A stretch of 64,000 nt of DNA from Leptospiraceae bacterium (GTDB lineage Bacteria > Spirochaetota > Leptospiria > Leptospirales > Leptonemataceae), in the NCBI GenBank assembly GCA_040217195.1, contig JAVJNR010000002.1:448001-512000 (forward strand), read 5' to 3'. Position numbers and translations under genes: made by a program. Position 1 is the stretch's first letter, and each line of letters begins with the position of its first letter. This document shows positions 19,743-32,793 of this stretch, one piece after another. The notes beneath the pieces were generated by a model. That model saw only the letters and a list, made by a program, of their open reading frames with translations. It was not told where the DNA came from and ran no database searches.

Positions 19743-22700
19743 ATGAATAATCGCAAGAATCTTCAGGTAGTAAACCTGGGTAAGATCACCAATCTTAATC
19801 GAATTCCGGATCTGATTGAAGTTCAATTCCGATCCTTTGAGTGGTTTTTACAAAGAGACTCATCGCCAACCAAGAGAAACACTCAGGGACTGGAAGCCGT
19901 ATTCCAGGACACATTCCCTATCCAGAGCCCCAACGAAGACATGGTTCTGGAATATGTTTCCTATAGTTTCGGCGAAGCAAGATGGGATGTTGATGAGTGT
20001 AAGAGCCGCGGCCTGACTTATGCCATCCCTCTGAAAGCGGTTATTCGACTGATCAATGTGCATACCGGTGAAGTGCGAGAGCAATCGGTTTATATGGGTG
20101 ATGTTCCCATGATGACCGATCAGGGCACATTTATCATCAATGGCGCTGAGCGCGTTGTTGTAAGCCAGTTACACAGAAGCCCTGGTATTTTCTTCTTCGA
20201 AGATGCGGCCAAGGGCATCTACAGCGCTCGGGTCATTCCCTATCGTGGTTCCTGGCTGGAACTGGAAATGGATGCCAAGGGAGTTCTGGTAGCCCGGATT
20301 GACCGTAAAAAGAAATTTCCAGCTACCTTGCTTGTGAAGGCCATGGGTGCCAATACAGCAGAAGAAGTGCTAAAGCTCTTTTATGATACTGAAGAACAGC
20401 GAATCTCAGGTGCACAAGCCAAAGAGATGAAGAAGATCATTGGTCGCCGACTGGCTGCTGCGGTACAGAACCCGGAAACCGATGAAGTGATCATGAATCC
20501 CGGTGAGGCGATCAACGAGGATAACATTGGCATCCTTAAAGAACTGAAGGTAAAATCGGTAAGTCTGCTGGTTTTTCCATCTGGAAGAGATGATACTACT
20601 GTAATTAACTGCCTGGAAAAAGACGGGGCGGAAGGCTCCGAGCAGGCACTGCAGAAATTCCATGCAATTGTTCGTCCAGGTGAGCCATTTAACGTTGAAA
20701 ATGCGAAGAATGAACTGAATCGTTTATTCTTTTCTGATAAATCCTATGATCTGGGCGATGTTGGTCGCTACAAGATCAACAACAAGTTCCGTTTTCACAA
20801 TGAGAAGCAGTTCAAAGACTGCAATGACAGGGCGCTTCGTGAAATCGACATTATTGAAACACTAAAATACTTTGTAAACCTTATCAATGAGGTTCCCGGC
20901 TACAATTACGATGACATCGACCACCTGGGTAACCGTCGGGTAAGAAGCGTAGGTGAACTGCTGATGAACCAGCTAAAGGTTGGTTTCAGTCGTATGGAAC
21001 GTGTAGTTAAAGAGAGAATGACCATCCAGGATGTGGATGTAATTACTCCTCAGGCACTGATATCCATCAAGCCTATCATGGCTGTTGTAAATGAGTTCTT
21101 TGGTTCCAGCCAGCTGTCTCAGTTCATGGATCAAACCAATCCTCTTTCCGAGCTTACCCATAAACGCCGACTGAATGCTCTTGGGCCCGGGGGCCTTTCC
21201 AGAGAGCGTGCCGGTTTCGAAGTGCGGGACATTCATTACAGCCACTACGGCCGTATGTGCCCCATTGAAACTCCGGAAGGCCCGAACATTGGACTGATTG
21301 TTTCCATGAGCTCTCACTGCCGAGTGAATCCCTACGGATTCCTGGAGACTCCGTATCGTAAGGTAAACAATGGAAAAGTGGGTAACGATTTCGTTTACCT
21401 TACCGCTGATATTGAAGAGCGGTACAATATCGCTCAGGCCAACGCCCCTTTAACCGATCAGAGCACTTTTGTGAATAAGATGATTTCCTGCCGTAAGCGG
21501 GAAGACTATCCTTTCTGCTCTCCAGAAGAAGTGGAGTATATGGACATTGCTCCATTGCAGGTAGTGTCGGTTTCTACATCTTTGATTCCTTTCCTGGAGC
21601 ATGATGATGCAAACCGGGCCCTGATGGGCTCCAACATGCAGCGTCAGGCAGTTCCTCTTCTAGTAGATGAGGCTCCCTACGTGGGCACCGGAATGGAAGA
21701 CAAAGCAGCTTACGACTCCAGGGCTTGTGTGGTAGCCAAGGAAGATGGTGTGGTTACCAAGCTGGATGCCACAAGCATCACAATTCAACCCAGTGGATCC
21801 AAAGAGCCAATCACGTTTAATCTGAAGAAATTCAAGCGGTCCAACCAGGGAACCACTGTAAACCAAACCCCTCTGGTAAGCCTTCTGCACGCTCCAGAAG
21901 ATGGAAAAATTGGGAAGTCTACGAAAGAGAAGGTAGAGTTCACAACTGGCAATGGGGAAACCATTGAGATTCCTCTGAAGCAATTTGATGCAGAGTTCGA
22001 ACTGTTTGCCAAGTCTGGAACGGAAGTATCTCGCGGAGAGGTAATCGGTGGCCAGAAAGTCTATGGCGAAAAAAGAGATAAGGATGGCGCCCTGGCCGTC
22101 AAGGGTACTGTGCTGGCGGATGGACCAGGAACAGACCAGGGGCGGCTGGCTCTTGGCAAAAACGTTCTTGTGGGATTCATGCCCTGGGAAGGCTACAACT
22201 TTGAAGATGCCATCCTAATCAGTGAACGTGTAGTAAAAGACGATGTGTTCACTTCAGTTCACGTAGAAGAATACGAGATTCAGGCGCGGGAAACCAAGCT
22301 GGGACAGGAAATCATCACTCGAGATATTCCCAACCTGAGCGATAAAGCTTTTCGAGACCTGGATGAAAACGGAATTATTCGAATTGGTGCTGAAGTAAAA
22401 GCAGGGGATATTCTGGTAGGTATGGTCACTCCTAAAGGAGAAGCCGATCTTACTCCGGAATATAAGCTACTTCATAGTATTTTTGGTGAGAAAGCCCGGG
22501 AAGTTCGAGATACATCCCTTCGCATGCCCAATGGTACCGAAGGTATTGTAATCGATGTTAAGATGTACACCCGTGAAGAAGGGGATGAGCTCTCCGCTGG
22601 CGTGGAAGCCATGGTTAAGGTCTATGTTGCTCGAAAGCGAAAGCTTCAAGTGGGCGATAAAATGGCTGGCCGCCACGGTAACAAAGGTGTTGTGGCTCGC

Positions 22701-23429
22701 ATCATGGCAGAGGAAGAAATGCCATTCATGGATGATGGCACTCCTCTGGACATCGTGCTCAATCCTCTGGGTGTTCCTTCGCGGATGAATATCGGGCAGA
22801 TCTTCGAAACCATGCTCGGATTTGCTGGAAACAAGCTGGGTATTCTCTTCGAAACTCCAGTATTCGATGGTGCCAAAGAAGCAGATGTTAAGGACTACCT
22901 GGAGCAGGCCGGTCTGCCGGACGACTGCAAATTTCAGCTATTCGATGGCCGAACCGGTGATCCATTCGAGGGTCGAGTTTTCTGCGGCTATATTTACATT
23001 CTGAAATTGGCTCACCTGGTGGATGATAAGATTCATGCTCGATCTACCGGACCATACTCTCTGGTGACTCAACAGCCTCTTGGCGGTAAAGCTCAGTTCG
23101 GTGGTCAGCGCCTGGGAGAGATGGAAGTGTGGGCTCTGGAAGCCTACGGCGCTTCGCATACTCTTCAAGAGCTTCTGACAGTGAAATCTGACGATATGCT
23201 GGGGCGAGCCCGGGTATATGAGGCAATCGTTAAAGGAGTGCACTCTATCAAACCGGGTGTGCCTGAGTCCTTCAATGTATTGATGCAAGAACTCCGTGGA
23301 CTGGCGCTGGATGTGGCTCTATATAATGACCAGGATGAGCGCGTGGAAATTACTGATCTCGAGGATGAAGTGAATCGAGGTCAGCGTAAGAATAAGATCA
23401 AGATCGACTCCATTGAAAGAATGGGTTAA
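19743..23429 (+). CDS. rpoB: RNA polymerase beta subunit (start ATG 19743 or TTG 19713)
   Basis: [39 protein letters not shown]. Confidence 0.99.
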   Translation: MNNRKNLQVVNLGKITNLNRIPDLIEVQFRSFEWFLQRDSSPTKRNTQGLEAVFQDTFPIQSPNEDMVLEYVSYSFGEARWDVDECKSRGLTYAIPLKAVIRLINVHTGEVREQSVYMGDVPMMTDQGTFIINGAERVVVSQLHRSPGIFFFEDAAKGIYSARVIPYRGSWLELEMDAKGVLVARIDRKKKFPATLLVKAMGANTAEEVLKLFYDTEEQRISGAQAKEMKKIIGRRLAAAVQNPETDEVIMNPGEAINEDNIGILKELKVKSVSLLVFPSGRDDTTVINCLEKDGAEGSEQALQKFHAIVRPGEPFNVENAKNELNRLFFSDKSYDLGDVGRYKINNKFRFHNEKQFKDCNDRALREIDIIETLKYFVNLINEVPGYNYDDIDHLGNRRVRSVGELLMNQLKVGFSRMERVVKERMTIQDVDVITPQALISIKPIMAVVNEFFGSSQLSQFMDQTNPLSELTHKRRLNALGPGGLSRERAGFEVRDIHYSHYGRMCPIETPEGPNIGLIVSMSSHCRVNPYGFLETPYRKVNNGKVGNDFVYLTADIEERYNIAQANAPLTDQSTFVNKMISCRKREDYPFCSPEEVEYMDIAPLQVVSVSTSLIPFLEHDDANRALMGSNMQRQAVPLLVDEAPYVGTGMEDKAAYDSRACVVAKEDGVVTKLDATSITIQPSGSKEPITFNLKKFKRSNQGTTVNQTPLVSLLHAPEDGKIGKSTKEKVEFTTGNGETIEIPLKQFDAEFELFAKSGTEVSRGEVIGGQKVYGEKRDKDGALAVKGTVLADGPGTDQGRLALGKNVLVGFMPWEGYNFEDAILISERVVKDDVFTSVHVEEYEIQARETKLGQEIITRDIPNLSDKAFRDLDENGIIRIGAEVKAGDILVGMVTPKGEADLTPEYKLLHSIFGEKAREVRDTSLRMPNGTEGIVIDVKMYTREEGDELSAGVEAMVKVYVARKRKLQVGDKMAGRHGNKGVVARIMAEEEMPFMDDGTPLDIVLNPLGVPSRMNIGQIFETMLGFAGNKLGILFETPVFDGAKEADVKDYLEQAGLPDDCKFQLFDGRTGDPFEGRVFCGYIYILKLAHLVDDKIHARSTGPYSLVTQQPLGGKAQFGGQRLGEMEVWALEAYGASHTLQELLTVKSDDMLGRARVYEAIVKGVHSIKPGVPESFNVLMQELRGLALDVALYNDQDERVEITDLEDEVNRGQRKNKIKIDSIERMG

Positions 23430-23442
23430 TCGGCAGGGAAAC

Positions 23443-26400
23443 ATGGCTACAAGAAATCTAAACGAATTCGATTCCATCCGCATCATGCTGGCTTCCCCGG
23501 AGCGTATCCGGGACTGGTCCCATGGTGAGGTGAAAAAGCCGGAGACCATTAACTACCGAACCCTTCGGCCGGAAAGAGAGGGTCTGTTCTGCGAACGGAT
23601 CTTCGGAACCACCAAGGACTGGGAATGTTACTGCGGTAAGTTTAAGTCCATTCGCTACAAAGGTGTGATTTGCGACCGATGCGGCGTGGAAGTGACTCAC
23701 TCCAAGGTTCGTCGAGAGCGAATGGGCCATGTGGAGCTCGCTACGCCAGTGGCGCATATCTGGTACTATCGAAGCGTTCCCAGCCGAATGGGCTTGCTTC
23801 TGAACATGACCATCAACCAGCTCAAGAGCGTTCTTTACTATGAGCGGTATGTAATTATTGATCCCTCGGACTCCGGTCGTGAACGAGGGGAGCTCATCGA
23901 TGAAGAAGAGCATTACGAGTATCTGGACGAATATGGCGATAAATTCGTAGCCATGATTGGCGGAGATGCCGTAAAAGAGCTTCTATCCAGAATTGATGTA
24001 GATGGAGACATTCGAGAAATTCGCCAGAAGATCGCCGAAGGACTGAAAGCATCCGACCGTCGCTTGCTAAAGCGTCTGGAAGTTCTGGAAGCTCTTCGAG
24101 AATCCGGTAACCGTCCTGAATGGATGATGCTGGATGTTACCCCTGTTATACCTCCTGAATTGCGCCCCATGGTTCAGCTGGAAGGTGGACGTTTTGCCAC
24201 TTCCGACCTGAATGACCTCTATCGTCGTGTAATTAATAGAAATAACCGACTGAAGCGACTTCTCGCTCTGAAAGCTCCTGATATTATCGTTCGAAACGAA
24301 AAGAGAATGCTTCAGGAAGCTGTGGATGCATTGTTCGATAACAGTCGTCGCAAGCGTTCCGTAAAAGGAAAGGGCAACCGTCCTCTAAAATCCCTTTCCG
24401 ATATGCTGAAAGGTAAGTCCGGTCGATTCCGCCAGAACCTGCTCGGAAAGCGGGTGGACTACTCTGGTCGATCCGTAATTGTAATTGGACCTGAACTAAA
24501 ACTACATCAGATGGGCCTTCCCAAGAAGATGGCTCTAGAATTGTTCAAGCCATTCATTATGAAGCGCCTGGTGGATCTGGATCTGGCGCCTAACATCAAA
24601 TCTGCCAAGAAGAAGGTAGAGGCAGAAGAGAAAGAAGTATTCGAAGCCCTGGACGAAGTGATTAAAGAGCATCCTGTGATGCTGAACCGTGCACCGACTC
24701 TGCACCGTCTTGGAATTCAGGCCTTCCTGCCCACTCTGGTAGAAGGAAAGGCAATTAAGCTTCATCCCCTGGTATGCAAGGCATTTAATGCGGACTTCGA
24801 TGGAGACCAGATGGCCATCCACGTTCCTCTGTCGCCCAAGGCACAGTTGGAAGCCTGGATGCTCATGCTTTCTCCTCATAACCTGCTCAACCCTGCCAAT
24901 GGGGCTCCGGTAGTATCTCCTTCCCAGGATATGGTTCTGGGAATCTTCCTGATGACTTCGCAGTTAGAAGGTGATGCAGGGGAAGGCAAGATCTTCTCAA
25001 ACCTGGATGAAATCCACTACGCTCTGAGTGTTGGTTCTGTGGGGCTGAGGTCCAGAGTATCTGTGATCCATCAGGATCGACTGCTTCAGACCACTCCGGG
25101 ACGAGTCATCTTCAACGCAGTGATGCCAGAAGATTATCCTTATGTTAACCGCGCTGTATCGGACAAAGAAATTACCAAGATCATTGCTGAAATCTATGAT
25201 CGATACGGTGCAGGCCATACTGTACAGATGCTGGACCGGGTGAAAGAACTGGGCTTCCATTACGCTACATTGTTTGCGCCTTCCATCGCTATCTCTGACA
25301 TTCAGGTATCTCCCAAGAAGCAGGATCTAATCGCTGCTGCAAACAAGGAAGTGGCCGATGTTACCAAAGCTTATAAAAGCGGTGTTATTACAAACGACGA
25401 AAGATCCAAGAAGGTAATTGAGATCTGGACCCGTACAAATGATCTAATTACTGAATCCATGTTCTCTGAACTGGAGCAGGACCAGAAGGGCTTCAACCCG
25501 ATCTATACAATGGCCGCTTCTGGAGCGCGGGGTTCTAGAGCTCAGATTCGTCAGCTGGCCGGTATGCGTGGTCTGATGGCTCGTCCTAACGGAGATATTA
25601 TCGAACTTGCCATTCGCTCCAACTTTCGGGAAGGACTGGGAGTTCTGGAATTCTTTATCTCCACTCACGGCGCTCGAAAGGGTCTGGCAGATACTGCTCT
25701 GAAAACAGCGGATGCCGGGTATCTAACCCGCCGACTGGTAGACATCGCCCAGGATGTAATTGTTACCGAAACCGATTGCGAAACCCCTGAAGGGGTAATC
25801 ATGACTCCTGTTAAAGAAGGAGACAAGGTTAAAATGACTCTGGGGGATCGAGCTTTCGGCCGTGTGGTTGCCGAGAATATCAAGGATCCTGTATCCGGCG
25901 AAGTTGTAATCGCTCGAAATACTTTGATCAATCGAGAAACCGGACGACAAATCGACTCCATGGGTATTGAAGCGATCAATATCCGATCTCCGCTTACCTG
26001 CGAAACGCGACATGGAATTTGTGCTCGTTGCTACGGCATGGACCTGGGCCGCCTGAAAGGCGTGGAAATGGGTGAGGCTGTGGGAACCATTGCAGCCCAG
26101 TCCATCGGTGAGCCTGGAACACAGCTGACCATGCGTACATTCCACGTTGGAGGTGTTGCTACAAACCTTCAGGTTAAGGAAAACGAACACAAACTACCTT
26201 TCCGAGCTCTGGTTAACTCCATCTCCGGTAGAGTTGTAGAGCGCTCCGGAGGAGAGAAGGTATTCTCAACTCGTGGAAGTATTAACCTTAGCCGAATCAA
26301 TCAGGTGCTGGAAACCAGCAAGATGATAGGTCTGAAGGTGGAAGATGAGCAGGTTGTTGTTCCCGGTGAAGTAATTGCCACCGGCTACGATGGAGAAGAA

Positions 26401-27648
26401 AAGCCAGTAACCGCTGATGCGGCCGGTACAGTCCGTATTTCTGGAGACAGTTTCTTCATCGAAGGTGAAGTGACCTCCATTCCAGTTCGAATCGGAACGG
26501 TGCTCAATGTTACCGAAACCCAGGTGGTGGAAGCTAACGGAAGCATCGCTACCTTTGACCCCTACAATGAAGTGGTGGTTGCTGATTCCAGAGGAAAGGT
26601 TAAGTTCGTCGACATTGAAGATGATAAGAACCTCAAGAAAGACGAGGAAGGAAACTATCGTTTGATCGAATATCGAAGAGAACGATTGAACCCTCGTATG
26701 CTCCTTGGATCGGAAGAGTATTCAGTTCCGCCAAATGCCATCGTTATGGCCCGTCATGATCAGGACGTGCAAACCGGTGATGTTCTCTATAAAATTGCAG
26801 CGGCTGCAGAAAAGACCCGGGATATTACCGGTGGTCTACCTCGAGTTGAGGAATTGTTTGAAGCCCGCCGCCCCCGTGAAGCATCTACCCTTGCTGAAGT
26901 GGATGGTAGAATTGAAGACCACAACGAAGTGGCCAAAGAGAAAAGAGTCTTCTATATTGTGTCTGATCTTGAAGAATCGGAGCGAATCAAAGTGGCTATC
27001 CCGGTATCCAATCGTCTCCGAGTCAGAAATGGAGACTACGTAAAAGCAGGAGACATGCTGGACGAGGGTATGCTGGATCCGCATGATATTCTACGAATCA
27101 AGGGCATCAATGCACTGCATAACTTCCTGGTTCATGAAGTTCAGGAAGTCTATCGTCTGCAGGGTGTATTTATCAACGATAAGCACATTGAGATTATCGT
27201 TCGCCAGATGCTACGCAAGCAAGAAGTGGATGATCCAGGGGATACAAGCTTTGTAGCGCACCAGCAGGTGGATAGATTCTCTTTCAGAGATGAAAATGAA
27301 CGAGTGGAGTCGGAAGGTGGTGTTCCTGCAACGGCCAAGCAGATCCTGCTTGGTATTACCAGAGCCTCTTTGAATACAGACTCTTTCATTTCGGCTGCTT
27401 CCTTTCAGGAAACTACCAGGGTGCTCACCGATGCAGCCATCAAAGGGAAGAAAGACCCTCTGCTTGGACTGAAGGAAAACGTGATCATCGGGCATTTGAT
27501 ACCTGCTGGAACCGGTCTGAAGCATTATCGTGATGTTGAGATATTCTACAAAGAATACGGTGATATTCAGAAACTGGAAAAAGAAAAGCGCGAAGCTGAG
27601 GAACAAATGGCCACGGGTCAGATTCCCCAGGAGGGTGTGCAGGGATAA
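23443..27648 (+). CDS. rpoC: RNA polymerase beta' subunit
   Basis: Zn ribbon CYCGK...[23 protein letters not shown] 23443 after AGGGA. Confidence 0.99.
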   Translation: MATRNLNEFDSIRIMLASPERIRDWSHGEVKKPETINYRTLRPEREGLFCERIFGTTKDWECYCGKFKSIRYKGVICDRCGVEVTHSKVRRERMGHVELATPVAHIWYYRSVPSRMGLLLNMTINQLKSVLYYERYVIIDPSDSGRERGELIDEEEHYEYLDEYGDKFVAMIGGDAVKELLSRIDVDGDIREIRQKIAEGLKASDRRLLKRLEVLEALRESGNRPEWMMLDVTPVIPPELRPMVQLEGGRFATSDLNDLYRRVINRNNRLKRLLALKAPDIIVRNEKRMLQEAVDALFDNSRRKRSVKGKGNRPLKSLSDMLKGKSGRFRQNLLGKRVDYSGRSVIVIGPELKLHQMGLPKKMALELFKPFIMKRLVDLDLAPNIKSAKKKVEAEEKEVFEALDEVIKEHPVMLNRAPTLHRLGIQAFLPTLVEGKAIKLHPLVCKAFNADFDGDQMAIHVPLSPKAQLEAWMLMLSPHNLLNPANGAPVVSPSQDMVLGIFLMTSQLEGDAGEGKIFSNLDEIHYALSVGSVGLRSRVSVIHQDRLLQTTPGRVIFNAVMPEDYPYVNRAVSDKEITKIIAEIYDRYGAGHTVQMLDRVKELGFHYATLFAPSIAISDIQVSPKKQDLIAAANKEVADVTKAYKSGVITNDERSKKVIEIWTRTNDLITESMFSELEQDQKGFNPIYTMAASGARGSRAQIRQLAGMRGLMARPNGDIIELAIRSNFREGLGVLEFFISTHGARKGLADTALKTADAGYLTRRLVDIAQDVIVTETDCETPEGVIMTPVKEGDKVKMTLGDRAFGRVVAENIKDPVSGEVVIARNTLINRETGRQIDSMGIEAINIRSPLTCETRHGICARCYGMDLGRLKGVEMGEAVGTIAAQSIGEPGTQLTMRTFHVGGVATNLQVKENEHKLPFRALVNSISGRVVERSGGEKVFSTRGSINLSRINQVLETSKMIGLKVEDEQVVVPGEVIATGYDGEEKPVTADAAGTVRISGDSFFIEGEVTSIPVRIGTVLNVTETQVVEANGSIATFDPYNEVVVADSRGKVKFVDIEDDKNLKKDEEGNYRLIEYRRERLNPRMLLGSEEYSVPPNAIVMARHDQDVQTGDVLYKIAAAAEKTRDITGGLPRVEELFEARRPREASTLAEVDGRIEDHNEVAKEKRVFYIVSDLEESERIKVAIPVSNRLRVRNGDYVKAGDMLDEGMLDPHDILRIKGINALHNFLVHEVQEVYRLQGVFINDKHIEIIVRQMLRKQEVDDPGDTSFVAHQQVDRFSFRDENERVESEGGVPATAKQILLGITRASLNTDSFISAASFQETTRVLTDAAIKGKKDPLLGLKENVIIGHLIPAGTGLKHYRDVEIFYKEYGDIQKLEKEKREAEEQMATGQIPQEGVQG

Positions 27649-27745
27649 TCTGCAGACCAGCCAGAATTCTGGCAGCGGACTTTCGCGGACTCTGCCTGTG
27701 TATGAGCTCAAACCGAAGTCTTGACGCCAGAGATCAAGTTCTCCT

Positions 27746-27781
27746 AAAAAAGCGGCCTTAATGGGGCCGCTTTTCTATTTT
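27746..27781. terminator. bidirectional intrinsic terminator after rpoC
   Basis: AAAAAAGCGGCCTT-aat-GGGGCCGCTTTTCTATTTT. Confidence 0.85.
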
Positions 27782-28199
27782 CCATAGTCGCCGGGCGATA
27801 CAGATTGAGTCTAATTTTACTGGCCTTCTGCATTGTTACTAGATATGTGACATAATACAGGGCGATGTTCCGTGCGAAGACCGGGAACTGACGTCATGGA
27901 TAGGGGACAGGGAGTCCACACCCGTACAGAGTCACCAACCTATCCAATCTTAAAAAAAACCTGATTAATAAAGGGCCTATGGTCTGAATACCTCTTGCCA
28001 GGCAGGGGGCCTCCTTCTTTTGTGGTCTCTCGAGCCTGAAGCCTGAGCTGCTCCAGAGCGAACTGGCAAAACTGTGTCTCACAGGATGAGGTCACAAGTT
28101 GTCCGTTCTAACCGGTTTTGAGAAATTCAAGGATGCGGTAAGCGTCCTGGTATTTGGGGATCCGGGAAACTATATTCTCGAAGGGAGTGTATTAACTGA

Positions 28200-28574
28200 A
28201 TGCCAACAATTAATCAGTTAATCCGTCACGGAAGAAAACAACAGAAGAAGAAGACCAAGTCTCCTGCCTTGCTGGCCTGTCCTCAGCGCCGAGGGGTTTG
28301 TACGCGAGTGATGACTTTCACTCCTAAGAAACCTAACTCTGCATTGAGAAAGGTTGCTCGGGTTCGATTGACTACAGGTATCGAGGTCACCGCCTACATT
28401 CCTGGTGAGGGTCATAACCTCCAGGAACACAACGTAGTGCTGGTACGAGGTGGAAGGGTAAAAGACCTTCCTGGTGTTCGCTATCATATTATTCGCGGGG
28501 CTCTGGATACCCTGGGCGTGGAAAAGCGTCGTCAGGGGCGTTCCAAGTATGGAGCCAAGAGGCCCAAGGCGTAA
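28200..28574 (+). CDS. rpsL: 30S ribosomal protein S12
   Basis: [22 protein letters not shown]. Confidence 0.99.
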   Translation: MPTINQLIRHGRKQQKKKTKSPALLACPQRRGVCTRVMTFTPKKPNSALRKVARVRLTTGIEVTAYIPGEGHNLQEHNVVLVRGGRVKDLPGVRYHIIRGALDTLGVEKRRQGRSKYGAKRPKA

Positions 28575-28583
28575 GGATTACAT

Positions 28584-29057
28584 ATGTCACGAAGAAGTCA
28601 GGCAGTACAAAAGCGATATGTGGCGCCAGATGCTCGTTACGGGGATCCGGTGGTTTCCAAGTTTATCAATTACTTGATGAGCGATGGAAAAAAGTCCACA
28701 GCCGAGCGAGTGTTCTATGACGCTATGGATCGTATCAAGGACAAGGCCGGTCAGGAAGGCGTGGAAGTCTTCCGGGAAGCCCTGGAAAACGTAAAACCAA
28801 CTCTGGAGGTTCGCTCCCGAAGAGTTGGTGGTGTTACCTATCAAGTGCCCGTTGAGGTGCGTCCTGATCGTATGCAGGCTCTGGCCATTCGCTGGATTGT
28901 GGGCTATGCCCGGAGTCGAAAAGGTCATTCCATGGCTGAGCGACTGGCTGATGAGTTGCTGGATGCCAAAAATAATGCCGGCGGCGCCGTGAAGAAACGA
29001 GACGATACGAGGAAAATGGCCGAAGCGAACAGGGCATTCAGTCACTATCGCTGGTAA
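28584..29057 (+). CDS. rpsG: 30S ribosomal protein S7
   Basis: [26 protein letters not shown]. Confidence 0.99.
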   Translation: MSRRSQAVQKRYVAPDARYGDPVVSKFINYLMSDGKKSTAERVFYDAMDRIKDKAGQEGVEVFREALENVKPTLEVRSRRVGGVTYQVPVEVRPDRMQALAIRWIVGYARSRKGHSMAERLADELLDAKNNAGGAVKKRDDTRKMAEANRAFSHYRW

Positions 29058-29069
29058 GCCGAGGTTTTT

Positions 29070-31172
29070 ATGAAACGAAAGATTACACTGGAGAGAACGC
29101 GCAATATCGGAATTATGGCGCACATTGATGCCGGTAAGACTACTACAACCGAGCGTATTCTCTTCTACACTGGGAAATCATACAAGATTGGTGAGGTTCA
29201 TGAAGGCGCTGCAACCATGGACTGGATGGTGCAGGAGCAGGAGCGTGGTATTACTATTACCTCTGCTGCTACCACTACCTTCTGGGAAGGTTCGGACCAT
29301 AACCGCGATTCTCACCGAATCAATATCATCGACACTCCGGGTCACGTAGACTTTACCGTTGAGGTAGAGCGATCTCTGCGTGTTCTGGACGGCGCTATTG
29401 CTGTGTATGACGGTGTGGCCGGTGTGGAGCCTCAGACAGAAACGGTTTGGCGACAGGCTGACCGCTACCGAGTGCCCAGAATGTGCTTTATTAACAAACT
29501 GGACCGAATGGGTGCAGACTTCTTCTACTGTGTGGATACCATTCGCGATCGATTGGGAGCGAACGGAGTTCCTATTCAGCTTCCTATTGGTAAGGAGGCT
29601 GATTTTCAAGGTGTTGTGGATCTGGTCGAGAACCGAGCCATTGTATGGTCCGGTGAAGAACTGGGAGCAAAATTCGATTATATCGATATTCCTGAAGAAC
29701 TCAAAGCTCAAGCTGAAGAGTACCGCATGAAGCTGATGGAAAGCGCGGCGGAATGCGACGATGAGCTTCTGGAAAAATACCTGGAAGAAGGCGAGCTGAC
29801 TATAGACGAGCTGAAACGAGCTATTCGAAAAGGCACTCTGGATCTGAAGATGTTTCCCATTCTTTGTGGAACAGCTTTCAAAAATAAAGGTGTTCAGCCT
29901 CTTCTGGATGCAGTGCTGGATTACATGCCGTCCCCACTGGACGTGCCCAACATTAAAGGTCATGCAGTGGATGATCCTGAAAAGGAAATTGAGCGTAAAA
30001 CAGGCGACGATGAGCCCTTCGCTGCGCTGGCTTTCAAGATTGTCAGTGATCCCTATGTTGGAAAGCTAACATATTTTCGAGTATATTCCGGCACATTGAC
30101 CAAAGGTTCGTATGTGCTGAATGCCACGAAAGGCAAGAAAGAGCGTGTGGGTCGATTGTTGCAGATGCATGCTAACGATCGTGAAGAAATAGATATTGTA
30201 TTTTCTGGTGATATTGGAGCCGCAGTTGGTCTGAAAGATACTTCGACCGGGGATACTCTGTGCACGGAAGATAGCCAGGTTATCCTTGAGTCCATGGACT
30301 TTCCTGACCCTGTGATCGACCTGGCGATTGAGCCTTTAACCAAGGCTGACCAGGAGAAGCTTTCTCAGGCTCTGGTAAGGCTGGCGGAAGAAGATCCAAC
30401 GTTTAAGGTTAAGACAGACCATGAAACGGGTCAGACGATTATCTCCGGCATGGGTGAATTGCACCTAGAAATTATCGTGGATAGGTTGAAGCGAGAGTTC
30501 AAGGTAGAGGCCAACGTGGGTAAACCCCAGGTTGCATACCGCGAGACAGTCCGCAAAGAAGTGGAAGTGGAATCCAAGTATATCAAGCAGACCGGTGGAC
30601 GTGGTCAGTACGGTCACTGCTATCTGCGAGTGGGTCCCAACGAATCTGGCAAGGGTTATGAATTCGTTAATAAGATTGTAGGCGGGGTAATTCCTCGCGA
30701 ATATATTCCGGCAATCGATCGAGGTTGTCAGGAGGCCATGCAGGCCGGCGTAATGGCTGGCTATCCGGTAGTAGATGTGAAAGTTGAAGTTTATGATGGA
30801 TCCTTTCACGATGTAGACTCCTCGGAGATGGCCTTCAAGATTTGCGCTTCTTTAGGCTTTAAGGATGCCTGTAAAAAGGCAAGCCCGGCACTTCTAGAGC
30901 CAATGATGGCTGTGGAAGTTGTTACCCCTGAAGATTACATGGGTGATGTTGTGGGCGACTTAAACCGAAGAAGGGGTCGTATCGGCTCTATGGAGCAGCG
31001 AGGTAATGCTCGTGTGATTTCGGCAGAAGTGCCTCTCTCTGAAATGTTTGGGTACGCAACCGATCTCCGAAGCTCTACACAGGGGCGAGCGGCGTATACA
31101 ATGCAATTCAAGCACTATGAGGAGGTACCGAACAGTATCGCTAATGAGCTAGCAGCCAAGGCTGCAGTTTAA
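29070..31172 (+). CDS. fusA: elongation factor G
   Basis: [29 protein letters not shown]. Confidence 0.99.
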   Translation: MKRKITLERTRNIGIMAHIDAGKTTTTERILFYTGKSYKIGEVHEGAATMDWMVQEQERGITITSAATTTFWEGSDHNRDSHRINIIDTPGHVDFTVEVERSLRVLDGAIAVYDGVAGVEPQTETVWRQADRYRVPRMCFINKLDRMGADFFYCVDTIRDRLGANGVPIQLPIGKEADFQGVVDLVENRAIVWSGEELGAKFDYIDIPEELKAQAEEYRMKLMESAAECDDELLEKYLEEGELTIDELKRAIRKGTLDLKMFPILCGTAFKNKGVQPLLDAVLDYMPSPLDVPNIKGHAVDDPEKEIERKTGDDEPFAALAFKIVSDPYVGKLTYFRVYSGTLTKGSYVLNATKGKKERVGRLLQMHANDREEIDIVFSGDIGAAVGLKDTSTGDTLCTEDSQVILESMDFPDPVIDLAIEPLTKADQEKLSQALVRLAEEDPTFKVKTDHETGQTIISGMGELHLEIIVDRLKREFKVEANVGKPQVAYRETVRKEVEVESKYIKQTGGRGQYGHCYLRVGPNESGKGYEFVNKIVGGVIPREYIPAIDRGCQEAMQAGVMAGYPVVDVKVEVYDGSFHDVDSSEMAFKICASLGFKDACKKASPALLEPMMAVEVVTPEDYMGDVVGDLNRRRGRIGSMEQRGNARVISAEVPLSEMFGYATDLRSSTQGRAAYTMQFKHYEEVPNSIANELAAKAAV

Positions 31173-31258
31173 AATGGCTGGACACTGTCGGTGCGAACAA
31201 AAATAAGGCTATTTCGCCTTTTGAGCAAACGCAAAAATCTGAAAGAAAGGTAAATTCA

Positions 31259-32458
31259 ATGGGTAAGCAAAAATTTGATCGTTCCAAACCTCACGTTAAC
31301 GTGGGAACAATTGGACACGTAGACCACGGAAAAACAACTCTAACTGCTGCAATTACTACTGTACTGGCAAAAGCAGGCGGTTCCAACAAAGCTGTTGGAT
31401 ATGCGGAAATCGATAACGCTCCTGAAGAAAAAGAGCGCGGTATTACTATCGCCACTTCTCACCAGGAATACGAATCCGAGAACCGTCACTACGCTCACGT
31501 AGACTGCCCCGGTCACGCGGACTATGTTAAAAACATGATTACTGGAGCGGCTCAGATGGATGCTGCAATTCTGGTAGTTTCCGCTGTTGACGGACCTATG
31601 CCGCAAACACGAGAGCACATCCTTCTGGCAAGCCAGGTTGGTGTGAAATACATCGTTGTATTCCTGAACAAAGTAGATACCATCAAAGAAGACGAAAGAG
31701 ATGAGATGGTGGAGCTGGTGCAGGAAGAAGTGAAAGATCTTCTGAAATCTTACGGGTATCCCGACGATACTCCATTCGTTATGGGTTCAGCGCTAAAAGC
31801 TCTGGAAGGTGATGAGTCCGATATCGGAGCTCCTGCAATCCTTAGGCTGATGGAGAAGCTGGATACATACGTACCCGAGCCTAAGCGAGATGTTGATAAA
31901 GACTTCCTGATGCCTGTTGAAGATGTGTTCTCCATTACCGGGCGAGGAACTGTTGCAACTGGTCGTGTTGAGCAAGGTCAGCTGAAAGTAAACGATGAAG
32001 TTGAAATCGTAGGTATTCGAGACACCACCAAGACTGTTATTACTGGTATTGAAATGTTCCGCAAGGAGCTGGATTTCGCTCAAGCTGGTGACAACATTGG
32101 CGCTCTAATGAGAGGAACCAAGAAAGAAGACATTCAGCGTGGTCAGGTTCTGGCCAAGCCAAAGTCTATCACTCCTCACAGAAAGTTCAAGGCTGAGATC
32201 TACGTTCTAAAGAAAGAAGAGGGCGGACGCCACACTCCTTTCTTTAACGACTATCGTCCTCAGTTTTACTTCCGAACCACTGATGTGACTGGAAGTATCA
32301 AGCTGCCCGGCGACAAAGAAATGATTATGCCTGGCGATAACGTAACCATCGAAGTGGAGCTAATTACTCCTATCGCTATGGATAAAGGTCTGAAATTCGC
32401 TATCCGCGAAGGCGGACGAACAGTTGGTTCCGGCGTAGTTGCCGAGATTGCTGAGTAA
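31259..32458 (+). CDS. tuf: elongation factor Tu
   Basis: [28 protein letters not shown]. Confidence 0.99.
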   Translation: MGKQKFDRSKPHVNVGTIGHVDHGKTTLTAAITTVLAKAGGSNKAVGYAEIDNAPEEKERGITIATSHQEYESENRHYAHVDCPGHADYVKNMITGAAQMDAAILVVSAVDGPMPQTREHILLASQVGVKYIVVFLNKVDTIKEDERDEMVELVQEEVKDLLKSYGYPDDTPFVMGSALKALEGDESDIGAPAILRLMEKLDTYVPEPKRDVDKDFLMPVEDVFSITGRGTVATGRVEQGQLKVNDEVEIVGIRDTTKTVITGIEMFRKELDFAQAGDNIGALMRGTKKEDIQRGQVLAKPKSITPHRKFKAEIYVLKKEEGGRHTPFFNDYRPQFYFRTTDVTGSIKLPGDKEMIMPGDNVTIEVELITPIAMDKGLKFAIREGGRTVGSGVVAEIAE

Positions 32459-32477
32459 TTGAGAGAAGCAGGGGATT

Positions 32478-32783
32478 ATGGCTCAGAGAATTCGCGTAAA
32501 ACTAAAGGCCTTTGATCACAAGCTGATCGATCGCTCGGCGGCGGAGATCGTCGCCACGGCGAGGCGGACCGGTGCGGAAATCTCCGGGCCGATCCCCCTG
32601 CCAACCAGGGTGGAGAAATTCACGATCCTGCGATCGGTTCACGTGAACAAAAAGTCACGGGATCAATACGAGGTCCGCACTCACAAGCGGATGATAGATA
32701 TTATGAATACGAACCCGGATACGGTGGATGCACTGATGAAGTTGCAGCTTCCGGCCGGTGTAAGCGTAGATATAAAGAGCTGA
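32478..32783 (+). CDS. rpsJ: 30S ribosomal protein S10
   Basis: GPIPLPT, HVNKKSR, LPAGV. Confidence 0.98.
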   Translation: MAQRIRVKLKAFDHKLIDRSAAEIVATARRTGAEISGPIPLPTRVEKFTILRSVHVNKKSRDQYEVRTHKRMIDIMNTNPDTVDALMKLQLPAGVSVDIKS

Positions 32784-32793
32784 GGCATCGGAA

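Noticed and set aside
21860..22110. Extra segment in RpoB considered as an intein
   Set aside because: No Cys/Ser...His-Asn splice motifs; looks like an ordinary lineage-specific sandwich-barrel insertion
27861..27895. Fluoride riboswitch-like GGCGATG...CTGA
   Set aside because: Lacks the TCGCC partner strand and pseudoknot, and no fluoride-related gene follows
27894..28082. 62-aa minus-strand ORF in the rpoC-rpsL spacer
   Set aside because: No SD or motif, and it overlaps the probable str promoter region
28060..28140. c-di-GMP-I riboswitch-like GGCAAA start
   Set aside because: No GNRA tetraloop and no GACGCAAAGC core
29178..29963. 261-aa antisense ORF in fusA, and similar ones in rpoBC, tuf, rplQ and r-protein genes
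   Set aside because: Antisense shadows of codon-biased conserved genes with no protein motifs
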